Shown here piece after piece: positions 8,812-18,784 of a stretch of DNA of 64,000 nt. A model generated the notes under the pieces. The model saw nothing but the letters and a program-made list of their open reading frames with translations. It had not been told where the DNA came from and made no database searches. The position numbers were made by a program, and so were the translations under genes. Source of the DNA: an uncultured Saccharicrinis sp. (GTDB lineage Bacteria; Bacteroidota; Bacteroidia; Bacteroidales; Marinilabiliaceae); assembly GCA_963677245.1 (NCBI GenBank), contig OY781921.1:900149-964148 (forward strand). Reading direction: 5' to 3'. Numbering within the stretch: position 1 is the stretch's first letter; every line of letters begins with the position of its first letter.

Positions 8812-11800
8812 ATGAAGATTTCAGATATATCAGTAAAACGGACCACTATTCCCGTAGTGTTGTTTACCATTCTTGCCTTGGCAGGTATTTTTAGCTATTC
8901 TTTACTGAATAAAGAGCTAACACCCAACATGGAAGTACCGGTAAACGTAGTTTCAACCATTTATCCGGGAGCGGCTCCTTCGGAAGTGGAAAGCTCAGTA
9001 ACCAAGAAAATTGAAGAAGCAGTTTCTGCTTTAGAAGGTATCGATAAAGTTACTTCTCAATCATTTGAAAGTGTTTCTATTGTAACCATTGAGTATAACG
9101 ATGGTATTGATCCCGATCTTTCGTTACAGGAATGCGAACGAAAAGTAAATGCTATTCTTCAGGATTTACCTGAACAATGTGAGGATCCTCAATACATGAA
9201 GTTTGATGTTAACAGCTTCCCAATTATGAATATTGCTGCTAATGCCGATATTCCTGATAAGAAGTTTTATGACCTTGTTGATAAGGAAATAAAAACAAAG
9301 CTGGGGCAAGTAAAAGGTGTGGCTAAAGTTGAACTAATTGGAGGTAGCCAGCGTCAGATTGAAATTAAGATTGATGCACAGAAGCTAGAGCAAAATAACA
9401 TTTCGTTGATGCAAGTACAACAAATGATTAGTTCTTCGAACATCGATTTTCCTACTGGAAGTGTTAAAAGTGACAATGCCAAACATATTGTTCGTTTATC
9501 AGGTAAATTTCAAAACCTGGATGAAATACGTGATTTAATCATCGGAGCATCAAGATCTGGAAACATTGTTCACTTAAGCGATGTAGCTTCTGTTGTAGAC
9601 GGTACAAAAAAGGCCTCAATGATGGCTCGTATGAATGGAATGCCTACTATTGGTATTAATATTCAAAAGCAAAAAGAGGGAAATGCGGTTGATATCAGTA
9701 AAGATGTTCAAACAATTTTAGCTGAGTTTGAAAAAGATTATGAAGCTCAAAATCTTAAATTCACAATCGCTACAGATACATCTGTATTTACAGATGAGGC
9801 TATCGATAGCGTAATGATGGACTTAATATTTGCTATTATCCTGGTTTCGGTAACTATGCTATTATTCTTGCATACCTTCCGTAACCTGATTTTTATTTTA
9901 ATATCCATACCGACTTCTGTTGTTTCAACATTTTTGTTTTTCTACTTATTTGGTTTTTCATTAAACCTGTTAACCTTATTGGCTCTTTCAATTGTAATTG
10001 GTTCAATTGTAGATGATGCCATTGTGGTATTAGAGAATATCTACCGCCACCTGGAAATGGGAAAGTCAAGAATCAAAGCTTCACTTGATGCAACCAAAGA
10101 AATTGGTTTAACCGTAATCTCAATTACACTTGTGTTGATTGCTGTTTTTTTACCGGTAGGTTTAACTGATGATATGACAGGGCAGCTGCTTCGTTCTTTC
10201 TCATTAACCATTGTAGTATCTATCCTCATCAGTTTGCTCGTATCATTTACTTTAGTTCCACTCTTAACATCCCGATTCGGAAAACTAAAAGTTTGGAACA
10301 AAAAGAGCAAGTTCGATCAATTCCTTCAAGGTTTTGAACGTATTATTACAGCCACAGAAAAAGGCCTAATGTCTATCCTGGATATTGTTTTAAAATATAG
10401 AAAAACGAGTATTGCTATTTGTGCGGTTATGTTATTTGGTTCCTTTTACCTGATAGGTGGCGGGTTTATTCAGACTGAGTTTATGGATGCAGGTGACCGT
10501 GGTGAATTTGTAATGGTAATGGAATTGGAAAAATCAAGTACACTTGAAAAAACCAATGCCATGTGTTCAAAGGTTGAAGCTGAGATGAGAAAGCATCCGG
10601 AAGTAAAAAACATCTACACCAAAGTAGGTTCCAGAGGAAACGGCCTTTCTACAGTTGAAACACCTTATGCAGCTGAGTTTATTGTAAAACTTGTTGATAA
10701 GAAAGATCGTGCCATGAACACAAATCTGTTTTCAATTCAGATGAGAAACTCATTAGGAGCCATGTTTGCAGGTCCGTCATTTAGTATTTCTCAAATCAGT
10801 ATGTTAGGAACTACCAGTACTCCTCTAGAAATATATGTTAGAAGTATAGATCTTGAACAAGCAGAGGATTATAGTGAAACTATTACTGATATTTTAAGAA
10901 ATATGGGTGGTACCGGAGATATTGAATCTTCTGTAGAAGGTGGAAATAAAGAATATGTAGTAAACTTCAACCGTGAAAAGTTAGCTAAAATGGGCTTAAC
11001 TATTGGAGAAATAGGTGCTCAAATGTATTTGGCTTACGAAGGTAATCGCGATTACAAATACAAAGATGGAAATAACGAATACGATATTTATATATCACTG
11101 GATGAATTCGACAAAGAAAACAAGGAAGATATTGAGAACATCTCATTTATGAATCGTGCAGGACAATTGGTAAGGTTATCTCAGGTTGCGGATATTGTGG
11201 AGCAGGAAAGTCCATCAGGATTAATGCGTTTTAATAAGATTCCTGCCGTAAAAATTACAGGAAATGTTATTGGTAAAACAGTTGGTACAGTTGGTGCAGA
11301 ATTAAAGGAAAAACTTGAGCAGGCCAATAAACCATCCGGAGTTGATGTTATTTATGCAGGAGAAATGGAACGTGCTTCGGAATCAGGTACCAGCTTATTA
11401 ATTGCTCTTTTAGCCTCTATCATCTTTATGTACCTTATTATGGTTGGGTTATACGACAGTTATGTGTATCCATTGGTGGTAATGTTATCCTTGCCATTGA
11501 GTTTAATAGGTGCATTTTTAGCTTTAGCTCTGGCCGGAAAAAGTTTAAGTATGTTCTCCATTATGGGTATCATTATGCTTATGGGGCTTGTTGCCAAAAA
11601 TGCTATTCTGGTAGTAGATTTTGCCAACGAATTACAAAGCGAAGGTAAAAAGGCGTTTGATGCGATTAAAGAAGCGACTGCTGTACGTTATCGTCCTATT
11701 TTGATGACTAACCTATCACTAATTGTAGGCTTACTACCATTAGCTTTAGCTTCAGGAGCTGGTGCTGAGTGGAAAACTGGTTTAGGTTGGGTTCTAATTG

Positions 11801-11943
11801 GAGGATTAACAGGATCGATGTTTCTATCTTTCCTTGTAGTGCCGCTTTTATATCTGATTTTCGATCGTTTTGCTATTAAAAACAAGACTCCGGAAACGAT
11901 AAAGGAACTCCATGTTGAAAAATATGAAAACACGTTAAATTAA
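8812..11943 (+). CDS. RND efflux permease (AcrB/HAE1-like)
   Basis: About 1040 aa with a 12-TM pattern and two large periplasmic loops. Conserved TM4 region GSIVDDAIVVLENI. The ATG at 8812 is preceded by AAGGAGG at 8799-8805, and the track start at 8794 is TTG. Confidence 0.95.
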   Translation: MKISDISVKRTTIPVVLFTILALAGIFSYSLLNKELTPNMEVPVNVVSTIYPGAAPSEVESSVTKKIEEAVSALEGIDKVTSQSFESVSIVTIEYNDGIDPDLSLQECERKVNAILQDLPEQCEDPQYMKFDVNSFPIMNIAANADIPDKKFYDLVDKEIKTKLGQVKGVAKVELIGGSQRQIEIKIDAQKLEQNNISLMQVQQMISSSNIDFPTGSVKSDNAKHIVRLSGKFQNLDEIRDLIIGASRSGNIVHLSDVASVVDGTKKASMMARMNGMPTIGINIQKQKEGNAVDISKDVQTILAEFEKDYEAQNLKFTIATDTSVFTDEAIDSVMMDLIFAIILVSVTMLLFLHTFRNLIFILISIPTSVVSTFLFFYLFGFSLNLLTLLALSIVIGSIVDDAIVVLENIYRHLEMGKSRIKASLDATKEIGLTVISITLVLIAVFLPVGLTDDMTGQLLRSFSLTIVVSILISLLVSFTLVPLLTSRFGKLKVWNKKSKFDQFLQGFERIITATEKGLMSILDIVLKYRKTSIAICAVMLFGSFYLIGGGFIQTEFMDAGDRGEFVMVMELEKSSTLEKTNAMCSKVEAEMRKHPEVKNIYTKVGSRGNGLSTVETPYAAEFIVKLVDKKDRAMNTNLFSIQMRNSLGAMFAGPSFSISQISMLGTTSTPLEIYVRSIDLEQAEDYSETITDILRNMGGTGDIESSVEGGNKEYVVNFNREKLAKMGLTIGEIGAQMYLAYEGNRDYKYKDGNNEYDIYISLDEFDKENKEDIENISFMNRAGQLVRLSQVADIVEQESPSGLMRFNKIPAVKITGNVIGKTVGTVGAELKEKLEQANKPSGVDVIYAGEMERASESGTSLLIALLASIIFMYLIMVGLYDSYVYPLVVMLSLPLSLIGAFLALALAGKSLSMFSIMGIIMLMGLVAKNAILVVDFANELQSEGKKAFDAIKEATAVRYRPILMTNLSLIVGLLPLALASGAGAEWKTGLGWVLIGGLTGSMFLSFLVVPLLYLIFDRFAIKNKTPETIKELHVEKYENTLN

Positions 11944-11973
11944 GATACACAATTATCTTTGATTGTTTGCGCT

Positions 11974-12015
11974 GCACACCTGTGGTTAAAAAGTTAACCC
12001 GGGTGTGCTTTTTTA
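11974..12015 (+). terminator. Rho-independent terminator of the efflux operon
   Basis: gcacacc...ggtgtgc outer stem with an inner ggttaa/ttaacc stem, followed by tttttta. Confidence 0.75.
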
Positions 12016-12054
12016 TTTACTTTTGTCTGGTTTTAAATTTTAAACTTTCATAAA

Positions 12055-12444
12055 ATGACATGCTATTGCAACTCTGGTAAAACATACAGCGACTGTTGTG
12101 AACCTCTGTTAGAGGGAAAACGAAATGCTGCAACAGCAGAAGAGTTAATGAGATCTCGTTACTGCGCTTTTGTTACTGCAAATATCAATTACTTATTAAA
12201 CACCCACCATAAAGAAACGCGCCCTACCAAAGAACGAAAGAGTATTTTAAAATGGGCAAAATCGGTTAAATGGTTAAGACTGGAAGTAATATCAACTAAA
12301 AAAGGAGCAAGTCTGGATGTAGAAGGCTATGTTGAGTTTAAAGCATTTTATGAAGATGGAGGAAAAATGGAGTGTATACATGAGAATTCCCATTTTGTAA
12401 AAGAAAATGGTATTTGGTTTTACAAAACAGGAACGCATCAATAG
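12055..12444 (+). CDS. YchJ-family (UPF0225) SEC-C motif protein
   Basis: N-terminal CYCNSGKTYSDCC SEC-C metal-binding motif, then RSRYCAFV and an NTF2-like remainder. Confidence 0.7.
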   Translation: MTCYCNSGKTYSDCCEPLLEGKRNAATAEELMRSRYCAFVTANINYLLNTHHKETRPTKERKSILKWAKSVKWLRLEVISTKKGASLDVEGYVEFKAFYEDGGKMECIHENSHFVKENGIWFYKTGTHQ

Positions 12445-12460
12445 TTACAGTCTATAAGAA

Positions 12461-14389
12461 CTATTCTTTTACAGAATTCACCATGTCTTTCACCTTTTTA
12501 TTTTTGTCTAATGAAGTAAATGTACTGTTATTAGAAACAAACTCAGGAACTAAATCTTTCATTCGGTTTACTAATAGCCAATCGTCTTCCAATCCTAAAA
12601 CACTTAATAAATCAACCACCATCCTATTAATATCATGATAGTCGTATATTCTGACCTGACCTATCATAATAGATTCATGATGTGTTGGTTTATTGTTTTC
12701 TTTGGTTGCCAATAGCTCTTCATATAATTTTTCTCCGGGTCTTAACCCTGTATAAATTACATCAATATCAATTCCTAGTTTTAATCCTGCCAATTGAATC
12801 ATTTCTTTAGCCAAATCATCAATTTTAACCGGTTCTCCCATATCAAATACAAATATTTCACCTCCATTACCCATGAAACCGGCTTCTAAAACCAACTGGC
12901 TTGCTTCTGGTATCGTCATAAAAAAGCGGGTTATTTCAGGGTGCGTTACCGTAACCGGTCCTCCTTGTGCTATTTGCTTTTTAAATAAAGGAACCACAGA
13001 ACCATTCGAGCCCAATACATTTCCAAATCGTGTAGTAATAAAGGATGTTGGCATTCCTACTCTGTATGCTAATGACTGAATATAAATTTCGCAAATTCTT
13101 TTTGATGCTCCCATAACATTTGTTGGATTAACCGCCTTATCGGTAGACACCATCACAAATTTTTCAACATTAAATTCAACAGCCAGATCGGCAATTAATT
13201 TTGTACCTCCAATATTCACACGAATGGCTTCATATGGATTGGCTTCCATCAATGGCACATGCTTATACGCTGCAGCATTGTATATTATATTAGGTCTATA
13301 TTCCTCAAACACCTGTCGCATTCGGTAACTATTGGTAAAATCGGCTAACACCAATTCAAAAGGAACATCATAATAACTCAACACCAATTCTTGCTGTAAA
13401 TCGTATAAAGCAGATTCTGCAATGTCGAGTAAAACGATTTTCTTAATAGGAAAACGTAACAGTTGCCTAACAATTTCGGAACCAATAGATCCGGCTGCTC
13501 CAGAAACTAACACTGTTTTATTTTCCAGACCCATTGAAATTCGTCGAAGATCAAGCTGAATTTCTTTGCGTCCTAAGATATCTTCAATTCGAATATCTCT
13601 AATTTGTTTTCTGTTTGAAATACCATTTACCCAATTACCCACCGTTGGCATAACCTTAAGAGTCCAGCCCATTTCCACGCATTCTTTGGCAATCTCTTTT
13701 TTACGTCCTACCGAAATATTATCAATGGCCAGAATAATAACCTTAATCTCGCTTTTTAACTTGTTGTATTTGGCCGTTTCCCAACTTATCACAGGCATCG
13801 AATGTAATTTCACATTCCATTTAATGGGATTATCATCAATAAAACCCACTACCTGAAAATCATTATCCTTATCACTACGAATTGCTTCCAGGGCAATTTG
13901 CCCCATATTACCTGCTCCATAAATTAAAGTATTTATGATAGCATGACGTTTGGTGAGATAATAGTATGTTTCTTTTACAACAAAACGAAAAGCAAAACTA
14001 ATCATTGCTGTTAACAGAAAATGAAAAAACAAAACCAACCTTGGTATTTTCCACCAGCTAACTTCATAAGCGCTAAACACTAATTCTGCAAACAGCGCTA
14101 GTACAAATGCTTTGAAACAGGCTATAATTAATACTTTTAATTCGAAATAATTACTATGTCGAACAACGCCTTTGTAGGTTCCGGTTACCAGATATGTAAA
14201 TAAATATATGGCTAAAATTGAACCTCCTGAGGCCACCATATCCCAGACATATAAGGACGATAATTGAAAACTTAACCGGAGCAGGAATGCTATAAAAAAA
14301 GCATTTGCCACTATTAACATATCAATGGCTAAAACCCACCAGGGAGAAATTACCTTACTATTCATTAACTTAAGTAAAAACTTCTTCAT
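12461..14389 (-). CDS. Membrane-bound UDP-HexNAc 4,6-dehydratase (CapD/PglF/WbpM family)
   Basis: 4 N-terminal TM helices, then two Rossmann regions (YGAGNMG and LVSGAAGSIGSEI) and the catalytic STDKAVNPTNVMGASKR. The track start at 14413 is TTG and the ATG is at 14389. Confidence 0.9.
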   Translation of the reverse strand: MKKFLLKLMNSKVISPWWVLAIDMLIVANAFFIAFLLRLSFQLSSLYVWDMVASGGSILAIYLFTYLVTGTYKGVVRHSNYFELKVLIIACFKAFVLALFAELVFSAYEVSWWKIPRLVLFFHFLLTAMISFAFRFVVKETYYYLTKRHAIINTLIYGAGNMGQIALEAIRSDKDNDFQVVGFIDDNPIKWNVKLHSMPVISWETAKYNKLKSEIKVIILAIDNISVGRKKEIAKECVEMGWTLKVMPTVGNWVNGISNRKQIRDIRIEDILGRKEIQLDLRRISMGLENKTVLVSGAAGSIGSEIVRQLLRFPIKKIVLLDIAESALYDLQQELVLSYYDVPFELVLADFTNSYRMRQVFEEYRPNIIYNAAAYKHVPLMEANPYEAIRVNIGGTKLIADLAVEFNVEKFVMVSTDKAVNPTNVMGASKRICEIYIQSLAYRVGMPTSFITTRFGNVLGSNGSVVPLFKKQIAQGGPVTVTHPEITRFFMTIPEASQLVLEAGFMGNGGEIFVFDMGEPVKIDDLAKEMIQLAGLKLGIDIDVIYTGLRPGEKLYEELLATKENNKPTHHESIMIGQVRIYDYHDINRMVVDLLSVLGLEDDWLLVNRMKDLVPEFVSNNSTFTSLDKNKKVKDMVNSVKE

Positions 14390-14647
14390 AATAACTCTCT
14401 TAACGTAGTACAATTGTTCGTCGACTTTATACCTAAAACAGTTATAAGCTCAACATCCCTCCTATACACAAACTGTAACTCTTATACATAGCGAATATTT
14501 CTAGTCCGTATGACTATGAAATTATTTGAGAGCACATCCTTAACTAAAATCAATTTTATTAAGGAATTTGATAATTTAAAAGGAAAAACAACACCATTGA
14601 CTTTTCACTTCCAAACCTTATGGCTACCATACACTTCCTGCTATTAA

Positions 14648-15949
14648 TTATTCGAAATAAGGTCCTAAATCAGGGAAGTTCCCTTCATAAGGTAAACCAA
14701 CATCAATACCAGCTTCTTTCAGATCACTCCCATCCACAATTTTTAAGAAATGAAGCTTAGGTAATTTACCATCATTTCGTCTTTTTCCTGAAACACCGCT
14801 CGAATCAAGACTCATGAAATCTGCATCTTCAACAACTACCCCAGTTGAAGAATTCCAGCTATTATGATCATTGTTTTCTGGCACATAATACGCTGGCCAT
14901 TTATTTTTAAAACTTATGTTATTTCTTACAATCATTACATTTTCATATTGGCCAATATCAAACCCAATGTTATCATTAGCGTAAGCAATGTTATTGTAGA
15001 ATTCCATCCTTACATTTCCATTGTTCTGATTAAATCCTATAAATCGATTATAAAATGCCATGCAGTTGCTTAAAATTCGTTGCGAATAAGCCGATGGAAC
15101 CTCATTGGTTTCACCTAGTTTAAAACCGCCTCCATCACCATCTCCCCTTCCGTTATTAAATGCCCAACAATTTTCAAAAACGACCACGCCTTCATTTTGC
15201 CAGCAATCATATCCATCATCCGAATTATACCACGACCTGCACTCTGTATAGTAAGTATATGAGTCTTTGGAAGCATAAGTAAAGACAAATCCATCTGCAT
15301 GTCCTCCTGAATAACCTTCTGTTAGTGCATCAAAATTATCATATGAATCACATTGAATAAGAGAAATAGAATCAAGCTTATATCCAAAAAATCCAGGCCC
15401 TTCATTTTTATACGAAGTACAACGCTCAACAATGTACTTGCCTCCTTTTTCAAAGCCAAAACCACGAACCTCTGCATTCACAGAACCTTGGTTAACTCCG
15501 GTAATGGCCAAGCCTTTTAAATGAAATTGAGTACAGTTGGTTAGTAAAATCCCATACTTTTCTGTGGAATTCTTAATCCGTGAGCAGTTTAAAACGGGTG
15601 TTTCCCCGGGATAATTAAAAATACAAATCGGCTCTTGTTTTGTTCCTCTCTTATTCGAAATAAAAACACCATACTCATCTTCATTATCGGCATAATAAAC
15701 CCCTCCTCTAATGTAAACTGTATCTCCTGCTTCAGCTGATAAAAATGCTTTTTCCCAGGTGGACCAAGGTGCATTATAACTTCCTGAGCTATTATCATCT
15801 CCATCTTTTGCCACATAGAAAGCAGTTTTAGACCATTTTATATCCGTTTTGGGATGTGATTTTTTACATCCGAATAAAAATGCTAATCCTACAAGATTCA
15901 GAAATATGAATCCTTTTAAATAAGAATTATGAATAGTCGCTTTCCCCAT
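14648..15949 (-). CDS. Secreted lipoprotein with right-handed parallel beta-helix (pectate-lyase fold); paralogue A
   Basis: Lipobox LFGC. Repeated roughly 22-25-aa coils (CTSYKNEGPGF, QCDSYDNFD, ENCWAFNNGRG, SNCMAFYNRFIGF, YNNIAYANDNIGF, RNNISFKN). DDGYDCW and GGGFKLG motifs. About half of its positions are identical by eye to the ORF at 24868..26169. Confidence 0.65.
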   Translation of the reverse strand: MGKATIHNSYLKGFIFLNLVGLAFLFGCKKSHPKTDIKWSKTAFYVAKDGDDNSSGSYNAPWSTWEKAFLSAEAGDTVYIRGGVYYADNEDEYGVFISNKRGTKQEPICIFNYPGETPVLNCSRIKNSTEKYGILLTNCTQFHLKGLAITGVNQGSVNAEVRGFGFEKGGKYIVERCTSYKNEGPGFFGYKLDSISLIQCDSYDNFDALTEGYSGGHADGFVFTYASKDSYTYYTECRSWYNSDDGYDCWQNEGVVVFENCWAFNNGRGDGDGGGFKLGETNEVPSAYSQRILSNCMAFYNRFIGFNQNNGNVRMEFYNNIAYANDNIGFDIGQYENVMIVRNNISFKNKWPAYYVPENNDHNSWNSSTGVVVEDADFMSLDSSGVSGKRRNDGKLPKLHFLKIVDGSDLKEAGIDVGLPYEGNFPDLGPYFE

Positions 15950-17538
15950 TAATAGACATCTATAACCGTAAAGTTTTCATCAAAATTAAAAGTATGGGTT
16001 CCCTTTAACTTTGAATTCCAGTTGGCTTCAAATTTTGTGACAGGGATTTCCTTAAAGGATAATTCGTCCAGTTCAACAATCTGATTAATATTTATCGCTT
16101 TGCCGTACCGCTCTGAGCAATCCTGCGATGGTCTGTAAATATTATCGCCATCTTTAAATATCTTTCCGGCTGAACGTGCATTTCTTATATCGCTAACTAT
16201 TGGATTTTGAATATGAGGAATCCACTGTTTGGAAAACAACTGATCAGAGTAAAATAAGAATAACTCCAGGTGCTCCGAATTGCCCGACGACTCATTAATT
16301 GCGGTAAACATCCACCACTTATTCCGGTAATAATACAAGGTTGTATCTTTGGCATTTACCTCATCCATTAATGTCATTACAAATGTCCATTTTTCCGGAA
16401 ACTTTACACATTTATATAATTCAATAGTTTTATTTTGAGAAGTTTCAGGTAACATATAGTATTCGTTTTGATACTCAAAAACAAATGGATACGACATATG
16501 ATAGGGCTGCTCTAAAATTCGTTCAGACTTTAATAGCGATCCTGATTTATCAAGTTCTAACAAGCTGATATAACCTTTATTTGTTTTAAAAGGTAACTCT
16601 TCGATAAACACATAGTTTTTATTCTTCTTACTTAATACAAACGGATCTGCCCAAAATTTACCAATAGGAGGAAGTAAATATTTATAGCCATTAATAGCTT
16701 TGGGAAATGGTGTTGATTTTAATTTAAACATTAAATACCATTTAGTTTTGGACTGAGTGGTAATTTTATGTTGCGTGTACCTGCTAAGTATTTTAAAAAA
16801 ATTAATAAATATTGTCCAATTCCCCGGCCATAATCCACTTATACATTCATGAACTGCTCTTTCATTATATTTTAATGTAAATGATTCTATATAATGATCT
16901 CCATATAAATAAATACCCTTAAGTAATCTGTAAATACTAACAGCTCCCAATGCCAACACCGGATTATATGTTAAAAATACAGAATGAAAATTTGTGGCCA
17001 ACCAACTACTATATATAACCGACGTGGTTTCATAAATTCCATTGATACACTTTACAGAGGCCTTTACCACCGGTTCTTTTTGAACCACTTTTCTATATAA
17101 ATTTGAGTTTGTTCGAATAGGATTCTGATACTCTACACAGTAATTCCACACACCATGTTTGGCTATATATAAATGCGAACCTTCAAATAAATACGAACTC
17201 AAATTAAGGATAACATCTAATCTGTAGGCCTGTATAACCATACTGATTTCCTTAATATCTTCCTCAAAAGAAATATTCACCACATCTTTAATTTCATCTG
17301 AAATATCTTTTTTTTTGGTGTACGCTGTAAAATTCCAAAAGAGCATATGCTCCATTGCTTCATATATTCGATACAAAAAAGGCTTTTTAATCCGGTTACT
17401 CCTTTTCCTCTGGCAAAAAACCAACAGTTTTATTTCAAGGTGATGATCATTATTGATTCTTTTCAATAGTTCATCTACCCATAATGGAGCAATCAATCCA
17501 TCCAATACTATTCCTATTTTTACAGTCTCTTTTCCCAT
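15949..17538 (-). CDS. Two-domain protein of unknown function (degenerate formyltransferase-like N-terminal half; C-terminal half resembles the GINT1-N / 5-bladed-propeller-like domain)
   Basis: 529 aa. The N-terminus KIGIVLDG...LDVILNLSS...HGVWNYC recalls the formyltransferase fold but lacks an obvious HxxD. The C-terminus FWADPFV...YISLLELD...YPFVFEYQNEYYMLPE...WWMFTA is propeller-like. Its stop codon shares one nucleotide with the downstream start (TAATG at 15951..15947). Confidence 0.35.
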   Translation of the reverse strand: MGKETVKIGIVLDGLIAPLWVDELLKRINNDHHLEIKLLVFCQRKRSNRIKKPFLYRIYEAMEHMLFWNFTAYTKKKDISDEIKDVVNISFEEDIKEISMVIQAYRLDVILNLSSYLFEGSHLYIAKHGVWNYCVEYQNPIRTNSNLYRKVVQKEPVVKASVKCINGIYETTSVIYSSWLATNFHSVFLTYNPVLALGAVSIYRLLKGIYLYGDHYIESFTLKYNERAVHECISGLWPGNWTIFINFFKILSRYTQHKITTQSKTKWYLMFKLKSTPFPKAINGYKYLLPPIGKFWADPFVLSKKNKNYVFIEELPFKTNKGYISLLELDKSGSLLKSERILEQPYHMSYPFVFEYQNEYYMLPETSQNKTIELYKCVKFPEKWTFVMTLMDEVNAKDTTLYYYRNKWWMFTAINESSGNSEHLELFLFYSDQLFSKQWIPHIQNPIVSDIRNARSAGKIFKDGDNIYRPSQDCSERYGKAININQIVELDELSFKEIPVTKFEANWNSKLKGTHTFNFDENFTVIDVY

Positions 17539-17611
17539 TCTGTAAAATCAATTATTGGCACCAACAATTACTCGAAGAATCTCCTTCTTTTAACATACAG
17601 CATAACGCAAA

Positions 17612-18775
17612 TTATGAGAGTATTTTCTTAATAGTATGGCAGATGTAAAGCACATCAGCATCTTTTAAATCAGGAAAAATAGGCAAGGACACCGTTCCTT
17701 TCCATATCCGTTCTGCATTCGGAAAATCAGCTTCTTTTAGTTTATAAGCTTCTTTATAATAGCTCATCCGGTGTAAGGGCTTGTAATGCACCGAAGTCCC
17801 AATTCCCTTTTCCGACATTAAATCGATAAAATCATCACGTTTAACGCGAGCATCGGGTTTTATCTTAATTGGAAATAAATGCCAGGCATGATCTTCTATT
17901 TTGGAAGAAGTTTGAGGTAAATCTATACTACTAACATCACTTAATTCCTGATAATATAACATGGCACAACGTTGTCGTTGTTTTCTGAAATATTCTGCTT
18001 TTTCTAGTTGCGCTAAACCAATAGCTGCATTTATATCAGGCATATTGTATTTATATCCGGGTGCAACCACATCATATTCCCATTTACATTTTTTAGAAGA
18101 GAACCTGTTCCAAACATCTTTATTGATCCCATGCAATCGCATCACTTTAGCTCTATGATATATCACTTCATCATTGGTTACCATCATTCCCCCCTCGCCT
18201 GTTGTTATGGTTTTATTAGCATAAAAACTAAAGCAAGTAACGTCTCCTAAAGATCCTATACAAGCATCATTAAAACGGGTTGGAAAAGCATGAGCTGCAT
18301 CTTCAATGATTCTAATTTCATTTTGTTTGCATATGTCCATAATTCCGTTTCCTTCTGGGGATTGCATAAAACAAGACTGCCCTCCAAAATGAACCAATAT
18401 GACAGCTTTTATATTCTTATGTTTTGAAATTGCTTTCTTTAAAATATCCGGAGAAATCAAATAAGTGTCGTATTCCACATCACAAAAAATAGGATTGGCT
18501 CCTAAGTACCTCAAAATTTCGGCGGAAGCAGTAAATGTCATGGTTGGAACCAACACTTTATCATTTTGACCAATACCAATTGCCTCTGCGGCTAAATGTA
18601 ATGCTGAAGTACATGAATTTACCGCACAGGCATATTTTGCGCCAACGTATTCAGCAAATAATTCTTCAAACTTTAGCGCTTTGCTCGATGTTGTAAGCCA
18701 ACCACTATCCAACACTTCTTGTATATATTTATTTTCATTTCCCGCAATGGGTACTTTTGAGAATGGAATATTCAC
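17612..18775 (-). CDS. DegT/DnrJ/EryC1/StrS-family sugar aminotransferase (PglE/WcfR-like)
   Basis: PLP-lysine context SFYANKTITTGEGG, plus CTSALHLA and the AAT_I fold pattern. Confidence 0.9.
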   Translation of the reverse strand: MNIPFSKVPIAGNENKYIQEVLDSGWLTTSSKALKFEELFAEYVGAKYACAVNSCTSALHLAAEAIGIGQNDKVLVPTMTFTASAEILRYLGANPIFCDVEYDTYLISPDILKKAISKHKNIKAVILVHFGGQSCFMQSPEGNGIMDICKQNEIRIIEDAAHAFPTRFNDACIGSLGDVTCFSFYANKTITTGEGGMMVTNDEVIYHRAKVMRLHGINKDVWNRFSSKKCKWEYDVVAPGYKYNMPDINAAIGLAQLEKAEYFRKQRQRCAMLYYQELSDVSSIDLPQTSSKIEDHAWHLFPIKIKPDARVKRDDFIDLMSEKGIGTSVHYKPLHRMSYYKEAYKLKEADFPNAERIWKGTVSLPIFPDLKDADVLYICHTIKKILS

Positions 18776-18784
18776 AGTCGTATT

